NCBI GenBank assembly: GCA_002499545.1
Contig: DAME01000004.1
Coordinates: 15,577 to 79,576 of the forward strand
Source of the DNA: Euryarchaeota archaeon UBA88
Lineage (GTDB): Archaea; Thermoplasmatota; Poseidoniia; Poseidoniales; Poseidoniaceae
Length of the DNA stretch: 64,000 nt
Direction: 5' to 3'
Part shown: positions 17,865 through 27,600 of the stretch, piece by piece
Numbering within the stretch: position 1 is the first letter of the stretch
Layout of the letters: each line of letters starts with the position of its first letter
Notes under the pieces: model-generated
Databases searched by the model: none
The model's input: the letters and a program-made list of their open reading frames with translations, nothing else
What the model was told of the DNA's origin: nothing
Program-made: the position numbers and the translations under genes

Positions 17865-18652
17865 GGTCGCCATAATTGGTTTTCAGCCTCAATTGCACCG
17901 CTTGCTAGTCCGGTCAAGTCATTGAGGTCGTCTTGGTCAAATTCGGTCGGGATTTCATTATCAAAGAAATTTCCAATGGTTCTGGATTCAATAGCCCAGT
18001 ACATCACGGATTCTTCATTGTTTGAGTGGTTAGGATGGTCGCTGTCTTCATGGTCAGCAGGCGAGGTGTAGACAGTATTCACAAGGCCAAGAAGATGCCC
18101 AAACTCGTGAATAACAACACTGTTCTCAACTTTTTCAGCAGACGGACGATTCAGAAAGCCACGTGCTTCTTGAACAGAATCCCCAAAAATCGCTACAGTG
18201 GAGGCATCCACCGCAACACCCAAGACGCTGTCATCGTCGTAGGTTCCAGCAGGGAGAATCATTTGCCAATACAGAGTAGAGCCATCCAGAGGATCGTGTG
18301 ATTTCAACTCCCACCCAGCATCGCGAACGTCTTGTGCACTCCACGAACCGTCACCCGGGAGTTGGGATTCTGTGAGGAGGATTTGAATCCCATTCGGCTT
18401 ATCACACACCGATTCCAATCGTTGTTTGAGAAGATCTGTGGTCGAGGATTCGGGCTCATATCCAGGATGGTAATCGATTTCCACGATCATCGACGTATAC
18501 TTGGAACCATCCAAACATGCAAGTGTCAGGCTGCCCGGGATTCCGTGATCTTCACCCAGATCAAGGAGATTGTCCGTCCCCATGCAGCCGCTGAGAGCAG
18601 GACAAATGAAGAGGATGAACAGTACGCTCCACGCTTGCTTCTGTTGCGCCAT
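17861..18652 (-). CDS. Secreted zinc metalloprotease lipoprotein, metzincin-like (HEXXH)
   Basis: The signal peptide ends in the lipobox-like LSGC. The active-site region is VIHEFGHLLGLVN (HEXXHXXGXXN), with SVMY downstream as a possible Met-turn. Confidence 0.65.
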   Translation of the reverse strand: MAQQKQAWSVLFILFICPALSGCMGTDNLLDLGEDHGIPGSLTLACLDGSKYTSMIVEIDYHPGYEPESSTTDLLKQRLESVCDKPNGIQILLTESQLPGDGSWSAQDVRDAGWELKSHDPLDGSTLYWQMILPAGTYDDDSVLGVAVDASTVAIFGDSVQEARGFLNRPSAEKVENSVVIHEFGHLLGLVNTVYTSPADHEDSDHPNHSNNEESVMYWAIESRTIGNFFDNEIPTEFDQDDLNDLTGLASGAIEAENQLWRP

Positions 18653-18687
18653 GGTGTAACGAAGCGGTCTTCATTTTCAAACCATTG

Positions 18688-19146
18688 TTACCATTCTTCT
18701 GGGATTTCCAGAGGAGAGAAAAGTTGACCCGGACCTTTGGCCTTGGATAGCTGTTGGCGGGAAAGTGCCTCCCAGGGTCGCAATGCGAGCAAACCCTCGG
18801 CTACCGAAGCATCGATTTCGACCAGCGTAACGCGTATCAATGTCGCTAAGATGTCCATGCGATCTTCATCGATAATGTTGAATATTTTTTCGAGTTCAAA
18901 GGAAAATCCTGTGTCACCTTGATCGGCTAATTCAATATCCCAAGGGTGGGTCACAGTTTCAGGGAATTCTTGGCCAGTTGCACGTATGTGCTCGTCAAGC
19001 GACCGTGAGAGACCTGCAATGTGCTTGCTGAGGACCAAACTCACTTCGATGAGTGGCATGTTCAATTGGTTGATGAGGTTGACAACTCGTTCCTGTAGGG
19101 TCACCATACCTTCGACCGCAGAATCTTCTCCGCTTGACATGGACAC
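18688..19146 (-). CDS. Small acidic cytoplasmic protein, hypothetical
   Basis: 152 aa with no signal peptide or TM. It starts 3 nt (GTG 19146) or 9 nt (ATG 19140) after the stop of the 1807 aa gene, so it is probably translationally coupled. It ends PLEIPEEW. Confidence 0.5.
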   Translation of the reverse strand: MSMSSGEDSAVEGMVTLQERVVNLINQLNMPLIEVSLVLSKHIAGLSRSLDEHIRATGQEFPETVTHPWDIELADQGDTGFSFELEKIFNIIDEDRMDILATLIRVTLVEIDASVAEGLLALRPWEALSRQQLSKAKGPGQLFSPLEIPEEW

Positions 19147-19149
19147 AAC

Positions 19150-22100
19150 TCACTTTTTCAAAGCCTCAACATACTGCCAGCCGAAGTGTTCCCACTGGTG
19201 TTGAGTCCAACCAGCTGGAAGTCCTGTTGGAGGAAGCGGTGGTGGTGCACGGGGCGCTGCTGCCACTGCCTGAACCGGTGCAGGTTGCTGCACAGTTGGC
19301 ACAGGGTCTGCTTGGATTGGTGGTTGTGACAAGGTTAGACCGGCTGGAGGGGGAACGTTGCTCATATCCAATTCGGGGATGGTTTTACCACCGTCGAGTT
19401 CTTCCAACACTTCGGCGGTTTGGTCTTCAGCAGCCACTTCAAAGGCTTCGGAACGGATACGTCTGTTCATGACGAGCATCCACATGGCCATACTCAACGA
19501 AAGAAGCGCAATCAAATACAGAACGATGCTGAAACGACCTTCTTGAGCCTGCTGAGCAAGAGCATCTCCATCACGAATTGTTTCTTCCTTGATGAGTAAC
19601 GGTGTCAGTGTTTTACGATCCATTTCCACTTCATCGACAAGCACAAGGAGGCGGAATTCAAGTGCATCACTGGAAGATCCATCTGCGACGGTGGAAAGCG
19701 TTCCAGTGACTGACTGACCGGCAGTTGCCACCGCATCATATCGAGCTACATCTTGCCAGAAACCACCTTCGACAGCGCGCTGCAGCACGAAAGCAACATC
19801 GCCCTTACCACCATCGTTCTTTACTTCAAAGTTCATACCAACCTCTTGATTTTCAACCGGACTAGGGTCGTCCCACGAAAAGGAACTCATGTCACTATCA
19901 AGGTCAATACTTGGTCCAAGAAGTGCCAAGGACCACGAAGCAATAGGCTCCGAGATTGAATTGCCAATCGTATCGAATGGATTACCCGCTGAATCCGAAC
20001 CTGAAACCCATACTTCGACGGTGTAGGAAGGTAGCAAAGTTGTCGCACCGGTATCAGTCAAGTCAAGACTCCCCGTCCAGAAAAATTGACCTCCGAACGG
20101 TGTCGTATCAGGAAGAGGGACACTTCCTCGTGAAATTTCTGCTTCACCAGCACGAACTCGGTAGTGAAGGACCGCAGGCTCGTCGAGATCAAACCCGTAA
20201 TCATCGAGCGTTTCCAACATGACCAAAAGGTCACCGCATGCTCCGATTGAGAGTGGTGAACTCGATGAAACATCGTTGAGTGAAATGGCTGAAATAGTTG
20301 GCCTCGAGTTGTCGACTGCCAAACGAACGCGTGGAATAACAGATGTTTCATCAAGTGCAAAACCGGGTAAATCATCCAACCCAAGTCGTAGATCAAGATG
20401 GCCCGATGGGACCGAAGGAATCAACAAGTCAAGGCTGAATTCACCGTCATCTCGTGTCGATGTGGTCCAAACATTATCGTAGTCACCAAAGGTAACGTCG
20501 AAAGCCCCAGCAGGTGCTGGCGTCTCATCTTCGGAAAACAGTACGCGACCGTTCACTCGAAGTGCTTGACCCGCACCAATGAGAGTTTCATCAAATTCCG
20601 TGTTGTAGTGGTTGGTTCCGTCACGTAACTCTACGGCGCGTATGTGACCGTCCATTGTGTCAAATCTGAAATCATTATCCAAACTCCAAGCATCGTTGCC
20701 AAAACCGGCTGTCGATTCGAAACACGGAGTCACCTCTCCAACATTACACGGTAAATCAGTCACGCTAATCTTCGGAATTATCAAGGATGCTCCGTCGGTA
20801 TCAAAAGATTCAGGGAATGTCCAGGTTAACTGGAATCGTGCTGAAATCTTGATGATGCTGTTGTTTTCTTCTGCAAGACTCACCGATGAATAAAGATTGG
20901 ACACAGCAATATTGGATGATCCGGATTCCATGGAAGCAACAGGAGCATCATCCAACCCTTTTGATAGGGTGATGTAAATGGACGATTCATCGTCATCAAA
21001 GTCTCCACCAAGGGCGAGTTGAATGTACTGAATATCTTGCCAACCGTTGCGGTCTGAAAGAACGATTTGGGCAGTGTAGGGTATGCCGGGGTGCAATGGT
21101 GCTCCATCATCGTGTCCGAGGATGGTTGAGTTGTCGAGATCGAGTTGAGGTTCAAATTCAACTCGGATTTGATAGGTCCCAAGATCGTTGTCCCAGTTGG
21201 GTGCTGTTTCGCCCGGCACATAGCCACAAGGGAGGGAACTGTCGGGGCATACTGGACCCCCGCCCATTGCAATGGCGTTTTGTTGAGGATCTGATCCGGT
21301 CACAAAGTAGGATACTTTCTGTCCGTGCTGGAGCATGGAGTCATCGATTAGACCATCGAAAATGTTGAGACCACCCGATTGAGTATCGGGCGAAGAGAGG
21401 GTCTTGAGTTCGTATTCGTCACTGTTGGGAAGACCGTCAAAGTTGTAATCACTGCATCCAATGGCTTCACTTGCTTTGCATCCAATCCAATAATTGAGCG
21501 TCAATTGCGTTGGAGGGTCGACTGAATCCTGAACGATAACACTGACTGCTTGTCCGCCCGGAGCAGGTGGTCCTGCATGGCGTTCAGAGCCATCAGACGG
21601 AGTTGACGAGAGTACCAGAGGCGAGTTTCCATCAAGGATTAGTCGAATGGTATTGTATCCTGCATTGGTGTAGGTTGAGCCGTTAGGTGTGTCAACGGCT
21701 TCAACATAGAACACCATTCCACCAGGCTCCGATTGAATTGGTGACTTGAAGGTAATGTTGTACTCTCCAAATGCTGGATTTTGCTCCTGAGCAAGCACCA
21801 TAGGCTCGCCAATTGGATCGCCATCATAGGTCACGTTCTGACCCAAAACTCGCAATGAAAATTGCCCTGCAAGAGGTGAAAGTTGGGAATTTTGGAAGTG
21901 GATTCCTCCGGTGAATGAAAGATTGAAACCGCCTCTTACCCAGTCCAAAGAATACAACTCTCTACCGGTCTCTTCAAAGACACGAAGACCGTCTAATTGT
22001 ATGTCGTTTTCAATCACGAGGTCCAAGCTTTCAGTTTCCCAAGCCGTAACGGCCAGCCCGAGGTCATCTTCAACAGAAACGAGTGCTTGGGTGCCCGATT

Positions 22101-24573
22101 CGTCATCCCACGACCAGTTTACCGTCATCGGAATACGTATTGCAACCATTCCGAATGAATCAGTGGTCGATGTACAATTGGCCACATCAAACTGAATGAT
22201 TCCATCACCATCGCTTACCACAGAGCATGCATCGCCGCGCTCCCAGTCGAAAGCTGGGTTTTCGCCGTACGAGTTATTGAGCGCAATGAGGACTTTCGTT
22301 ACTCTGTCTACTTCATCACTTGGAGCAACTCGAACCTCGAGATTTCGAGCAATACCATCTGGGGCGAGCATGCCACCCTCCATGCTAGCATCGATCACCC
22401 GTGTCTGCATCTTGTACGAGATGTCAATGTTTGAAATCTTAACACGGCCGGAAGTAGCTGCTTTAACTGCGATTGGAATCAAGACATCACCCTCGCCGTT
22501 CTCAGGAATAATGGAATTGAAAGAATCGACCAAGGTCGGTGCATTCTTTACATCTACCGAAACAACCGAATCGTCGCTGGCTATGACTGCTGATTCATTG
22601 AGGAAAAGCAGTGACTCCCAATCCCAAACCAAATCGTTACCGACATCCAACATAGGTCGGTCGGGGTAGCCTTCTTCATAATCAAGGGTGAATGAATCAA
22701 CAAGCGGTGTCAGTAGTGGGTCAGTGCTCGACATAGTTACCGCATATCGTATTGTGTCACCTGCTTCGGTCGACGGGAAACTGACCTCTTGATTGTTCGT
22801 TGCCGGAAGCCAGCTGGAACCATTATCGTTTGAGACTTGAACCAAAACAGAAGTTCCAACGGGAACATCCGCCACCCACGAAGGACGAACTTTACCGACT
22901 TTGGTTCCAGTAGTCAACGGGCTAGAAGTCCAACTTCCGGATTGAAGATATTCAGTTGAGTATTCGACATCAACCCACCAAGATACAGCCGTGGATCCAA
23001 TCAGTTGGGCTTTCCATACCAATTCTGTCCCCGGATAATCGAAGTGGATTGTCGAATTCGAAGTCACAGACTCCCAATGCGTGCCGTTGTCTGCAGAAAC
23101 CCAGTAATCAACTCGGTCGCCGACAGAAGCGGCTGACCAATATGTTTCAACGTTAACGCCGAGTACGGGGTCATCTGAATGAGTAACTGGGCCGTACCAC
23201 GTTGTTGTTCCAGGTGCTGGTGTCGTTTTGTATTGCCAACCGGTTCCATACTCTCGGTAGTACAACGTTGAAGATGCCCAAGTAGAGTAGCCGCAATCAA
23301 CGGTCACAAATCGGTTACCATCGTACTGCAAACCGTATCCGAGAGAAGACAGCAAACGTGTACCGGTTTGGGGGACTAGAGAAGTTGATGAACCTGAAAC
23401 GGCCCATGCTTCCAAATTGTCTTTATCGTTGCTCGAAGTTCCCTTTTGGCAGCGCATGAAAAAGGTTGTTTCGTTGACTTCAAGCCCACGGACTTGCTGT
23501 CCAGTTTTCCCGCATTCCCATGAACTACCAGACGATGAAGAGTAGGAATACATGTCTTCGCCGCGAGTATATTGTCCGTCGGCTTGGTCACCGAAAGTAT
23601 AGGGTACGATTCGTCGTTGAGCGTTGTGAACAATCCACACCTGGTCACTGGAACGGTCGTATGCAATTGCGGTATAATCCGAATACTGTGGTGAAACGTC
23701 GTACGAATCGATGCATGTCCAAGTATCATCACGTGAAATGTCGAGTTCTAACACACGATGATACTGCGTAGGTGCAGACGATGAGTAGTGATAGCGATAA
23801 CCAGAAAGAATTGCAAACATTCGTTCATCGTCGGTGATGGTCCAATCTCGGAATCCATAGCTTCCGTAGTAGGAACTAGGGTGCAAACTTGCAATCGTAC
23901 ACTCACCTTGGTCCAGAGTAATAACCGATTCTTTGGTTGCATTGTTCGGATACAAACGATGAACGATGTTGCTGAATGTAGAGGTGCTCCATGTCGACAT
24001 GAACAACCAGTCATGGTGCTTGAGAATAGCACCCTGACTCTGCTTCATCAAATTGGTTGATGTTTTGAGTACTTGTTGTGAAAATCGACTCTCAGTTGCG
24101 TTCGAGGTGTGCGGTTGGCGTATGGCGTACGATCCATTGTCCAGCCAAGCATCAGATTCGTTGTTGACAACTTCATCGTATCCGTGGGCAAAAAATTCGT
24201 TTGAAGTGTTAGAAAACGCCAAACTGAGGTCACCACTACGAGCATCAACAGAGGAAGAGGTCCCTTCAATCCAGTCATCTCTTTCATCGGCCATCGTCTG
24301 ACTCCACCCAGTTGCGGAGGCACCTGATAAGGTCATGGAAACATCGGTAACCAAAGCACCCTTTGGAACTGAAACCATGGCACCAGAGTCAGGATTAGCA
24401 CCTTGGTAGAGCGCCACGTATTCACTGGAACCATCGTGAAGAGTGTAAATGTGACGCGATACACCCGTCGCTTCAGCAGGAGTAATTACGTGGTCAGCAA
24501 GGGGGCTCATCGGTGCTAAAACCATGACTAAAAAGAGCAGCAACATTACGCCGCGCCCGTCTTCTCGCTTCAT
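19150..24573 (-). CDS. Giant surface protein (1807 aa): signal peptide, Asp-box (BNR-like) repeats, C-terminal TM and Pro-rich cytoplasmic tail
   Basis: Signal peptide GVMLLLFLVMVLAPMSPLA. Asp-box-like S-x-D-x-G-x-x-W motifs VSADNGTHW and VSNDNGSSW. TM helix FSIVLYLIALLSLSMAMWMLV near the C-terminus, then a P/A/Q-rich tail ending LPAGWTQHQWEHFGWQYVEALKK. AGGGGGGT lies 7 nt upstream of the ATG. Confidence 0.7.
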   Translation of the reverse strand: MKREDGRGVMLLLFLVMVLAPMSPLADHVITPAEATGVSRHIYTLHDGSSEYVALYQGANPDSGAMVSVPKGALVTDVSMTLSGASATGWSQTMADERDDWIEGTSSSVDARSGDLSLAFSNTSNEFFAHGYDEVVNNESDAWLDNGSYAIRQPHTSNATESRFSQQVLKTSTNLMKQSQGAILKHHDWLFMSTWSTSTFSNIVHRLYPNNATKESVITLDQGECTIASLHPSSYYGSYGFRDWTITDDERMFAILSGYRYHYSSSAPTQYHRVLELDISRDDTWTCIDSYDVSPQYSDYTAIAYDRSSDQVWIVHNAQRRIVPYTFGDQADGQYTRGEDMYSYSSSSGSSWECGKTGQQVRGLEVNETTFFMRCQKGTSSNDKDNLEAWAVSGSSTSLVPQTGTRLLSSLGYGLQYDGNRFVTVDCGYSTWASSTLYYREYGTGWQYKTTPAPGTTTWYGPVTHSDDPVLGVNVETYWSAASVGDRVDYWVSADNGTHWESVTSNSTIHFDYPGTELVWKAQLIGSTAVSWWVDVEYSTEYLQSGSWTSSPLTTGTKVGKVRPSWVADVPVGTSVLVQVSNDNGSSWLPATNNQEVSFPSTEAGDTIRYAVTMSSTDPLLTPLVDSFTLDYEEGYPDRPMLDVGNDLVWDWESLLFLNESAVIASDDSVVSVDVKNAPTLVDSFNSIIPENGEGDVLIPIAVKAATSGRVKISNIDISYKMQTRVIDASMEGGMLAPDGIARNLEVRVAPSDEVDRVTKVLIALNNSYGENPAFDWERGDACSVVSDGDGIIQFDVANCTSTTDSFGMVAIRIPMTVNWSWDDESGTQALVSVEDDLGLAVTAWETESLDLVIENDIQLDGLRVFEETGRELYSLDWVRGGFNLSFTGGIHFQNSQLSPLAGQFSLRVLGQNVTYDGDPIGEPMVLAQEQNPAFGEYNITFKSPIQSEPGGMVFYVEAVDTPNGSTYTNAGYNTIRLILDGNSPLVLSSTPSDGSERHAGPPAPGGQAVSVIVQDSVDPPTQLTLNYWIGCKASEAIGCSDYNFDGLPNSDEYELKTLSSPDTQSGGLNIFDGLIDDSMLQHGQKVSYFVTGSDPQQNAIAMGGGPVCPDSSLPCGYVPGETAPNWDNDLGTYQIRVEFEPQLDLDNSTILGHDDGAPLHPGIPYTAQIVLSDRNGWQDIQYIQLALGGDFDDDESSIYITLSKGLDDAPVASMESGSSNIAVSNLYSSVSLAEENNSIIKISARFQLTWTFPESFDTDGASLIIPKISVTDLPCNVGEVTPCFESTAGFGNDAWSLDNDFRFDTMDGHIRAVELRDGTNHYNTEFDETLIGAGQALRVNGRVLFSEDETPAPAGAFDVTFGDYDNVWTTSTRDDGEFSLDLLIPSVPSGHLDLRLGLDDLPGFALDETSVIPRVRLAVDNSRPTISAISLNDVSSSSPLSIGACGDLLVMLETLDDYGFDLDEPAVLHYRVRAGEAEISRGSVPLPDTTPFGGQFFWTGSLDLTDTGATTLLPSYTVEVWVSGSDSAGNPFDTIGNSISEPIASWSLALLGPSIDLDSDMSSFSWDDPSPVENQEVGMNFEVKNDGGKGDVAFVLQRAVEGGFWQDVARYDAVATAGQSVTGTLSTVADGSSSDALEFRLLVLVDEVEMDRKTLTPLLIKEETIRDGDALAQQAQEGRFSIVLYLIALLSLSMAMWMLVMNRRIRSEAFEVAAEDQTAEVLEELDGGKTIPELDMSNVPPPAGLTLSQPPIQADPVPTVQQPAPVQAVAAAPRAPPPLPPTGLPAGWTQHQWEHFGWQYVEALKK

Positions 24574-24644
24574 TTGTTTGACCCCCCTTCATTCGACCAT
24601 GCGGTGCGAGGGATTTGAAACATACCCCTGCACATGACGGTGCA

Positions 24645-27600
24645 TCATCCTGTTTGACGTGAATCATAACGGATTGGAGAGGAGTCCCCTCGAATTCCAT
24701 CTTCCTCATCATCATGGACTTCAAACCAGTCAACAAGCCAGTCTCCATCGGAATCCCAATTCGTTGGATCGGTACCTTCTGCGATATGGTCATCGTCCAA
24801 ATCCAGCAGATACCAACCGTATTCATGTTCTCCAACATCACGGACAGGAGCCGAATTTGGTGAACCGGTGTAGTAAATTTCCCAAGCATCGGTACGGTTA
24901 CCTGCAAGATGAACAACATCATTGCTCGAGTCAATAACGAGGAAATTGGTATCACGATCATCCACAATGTAGGCGAACCGAATATCGTTGGAAGAAGATT
25001 GATCCATTTTTAGGTAATTTTCGCTGCTAGCACCGGTGTCGTCAAGTTTGAGAAGTGATGCCCTCAATTGCCACCATTCGGTTACGATTTGTCCATCGTG
25101 AATCAATCCACTCAACCGAACTGCATTGGGTGATGAGAGGTCGGAATCGGTAATTGCATAAAATTCTTGGAAATTCGTGTACGGTTCGTAAACACACCCC
25201 GCCCCGGAACAGTCCCAATTTCCGTCTTCATCGGGGTCATAGTTTGCATCGATTGGATCAGCAGGGTTCATTGTGAACCAGGTGAAAGCAAGGTCGGGGC
25301 GAGATAGAATCCCTTCGGAGCCTTGCTGGGAAAGCGGCAAGCAGGAATTGGTTGCAGTCGTACATGCACCGCCAGTCGACGCATCAATCCACACGACTTT
25401 GATTTGCAGGAATGAACTGAAATTATCATTCGATTCATTCCAAGCCTTCGCATATTCAAACCAGTCAGGAAGCATGTCACCGTCTGTATCATTATCACTC
25501 GGATTGATTCCGTACTTGAAGACCTCACGCCCATCGGATAAATTGAAATCTTGAGTGTGAGAGGTTACCAATCCGTTTGATACGGTGGTAACATACGACA
25601 CGCTATCGGCATCTGAGTCATTTAGGTCCGGGCGTGTTTGATTATCCCACTCCATCCAATTGGTGAAAGGTAGATCGCCAATTCCAGGTTGAATTACAGC
25701 AGTACTTTGGGAGAATTCACGTCCGTCCCACGTACCTTGGACCGCAGGGATATCGAACGAAGTTCGGTCGTACCAACCATCGTGGTCACCGTCATAATTG
25801 ACATCCCAAGGATTCAACGGATTGGCAGCCCAATGGTTCTCAGTAGTCACATCGTCCATTCCGAATGTCGCATAGCAGTATTCCCAGCCATCCTCGATAC
25901 CATCGGAATCTGAATCCACGCTTGTGGGGTCGGCCACGCCAAGTAGAGTGCTGTTGAAGTTGTTCTCGTCGAATTCGTTAATCATGTCCATTCGATCGGC
26001 GCTTGCCTGACTCTTCGAAACAAAATCATTGTACAGTGACTGACGAGCTTCAATATAACTGAGGCCCTGTTCTTCAACATAAGCTTCAATAGCATCGGTT
26101 CCGAAATCCATGATTCCAATCGATGTTGGTACTGAAAAACGGTCGAGATACTTACCCCACGTTCGTGATTCCCATTCACGAAGATTCGTGAATCGTTCAT
26201 CCATTGAGAGATTTCCATCACCGTCGCAATCAAAACTATCGCCATCGGTATCGAGGTTGACGTCGCTGTCAATGAGTGGGTTCATACTCCAGCGATTCTC
26301 TTCAAGATCCCACACCGTGAACCAGTATTCAAATCCGTCATACATTCCATCGTCATCGGTATCTGGATTGGTCGGGTCTGTCATTCCAAGCAGCATTGAC
26401 AAAATGGGGTTCGGCGGGACGCCTGCCTGCCAGTCATTGAAATCTGCCAGCAAGCGCTTGCCACGGGTTTCCTTCGTGATGAGAATATTGAACACACGTT
26501 GAGCTTTCTCAGTCGGTTGCTGAACGTCGCCGTCGATGTGCAACAACGGAGCATCACTGGGGTGGTCGATTCCGTTTTCAGGACTTGAATTAGCTAGTGC
26601 AAACTCTTTGCTGTCAATCAAACCATCTCCATCGCCGTCAAAGTTCCCGTCACCTGCCACAAGAGGGTTCAGCGTCCACGTTTGTGCAGTGAGGTTCCAG
26701 GAAGTGAACAACTGTTCGATACCGTCGATCATTCCGTCGCCATCTGAATCGACGTTGTTTGGGTCAGCAGTCCATCCCGAGCGATTAATCTGGTCACTCG
26801 TGATGAATGAGCCAAAGGAGGATTCGACTGCATTTCCTGGCCACTGTTGGAGGGCGAAGGCCGAACCTACAGTCGTAACAAACCATTGTGGAGCTGAACG
26901 GTTCGCATTCGTTTCCGAATATTCTGGAGCAATGGCATTGTATTCTTCCCAATTCGCCATTCCATCATCATCAGCATCTTGCCAACGATCAACAGGGTCA
27001 AGGGGGTTCAAAGTCCACTCGTCAGCCAGCACATCCCAGCGAGCAAACCAAATTTCCCAGCCGTCTGGCATTCCGTCGTTATCCGAATCTGCATTGAGCG
27101 GATCTGATGCACCCACACTGGTGACGCTCTGGAGAGCCGTAACTGCTCCGGATGCGCGTTCACCAAATGTCGCTTCAGGTTCACCTTGCAAACTAATGTT
27201 GTCAAACAGGTCGGTTGTGAAACCGTTTGGAAGTGTTTCGCCGGAGAGAGTCTGGTTGTTCAAAAACAAATTCGAGCGAACGTGGAATTCCAAGTAGTTC
27301 ACGAATGCTTCTGAATCTTGCAAAATTCCGTCGTGGTTGATATCGTATCCGTCTCCATCTGGATTTTCAAATGCGTCCGACGCATTCAGTGGATTCACAC
27401 CTGTTCGAGAGGGGTCCCATGTGCAAGAACCACCTGATTCCCAGCCATCAGGGAGAGAATCCCCGTCAGAATCAATGTTGTTCGGATCAGCTTCAAACCA
27501 TTCGAGGCTTGAATTGACAGATTCGCCGTGAGATTCAAACAGCAGGCCTTCCGTTGCAGCACCTCGGACCAGTGACCACTGGTATTCACAGAGATTCGCT

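Noticed and set aside
24494-24967. A 157 aa minus-strand ORF bridging the end of the 1917 aa gene and the start of the 1807 aa gene.
   Set aside because: It is out of frame with both genes and overlaps both confident genes. It has no motif. The 71 bp gap already contains a good SD and ATG for the 1807 aa gene.
26536-27297. Long antisense ORFs inside the giant genes and other confident genes. Examples: 253 aa at 26536-27297, 191 aa at 38659-39234, 157 aa at 22196-22669, 170/184 aa at 12618-13429, 184 aa at 14754-15308 and 138 aa at 50778-51194.
   Set aside because: They lie opposite confidently identified genes (Ca-repeat protein, beta-helix protein, dnaJ, GT2, aglB). Their translations are low-complexity Ser/Pro/Arg-rich sequence with no motifs. 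They are expected by chance opposite GAY/GGN-rich codons.
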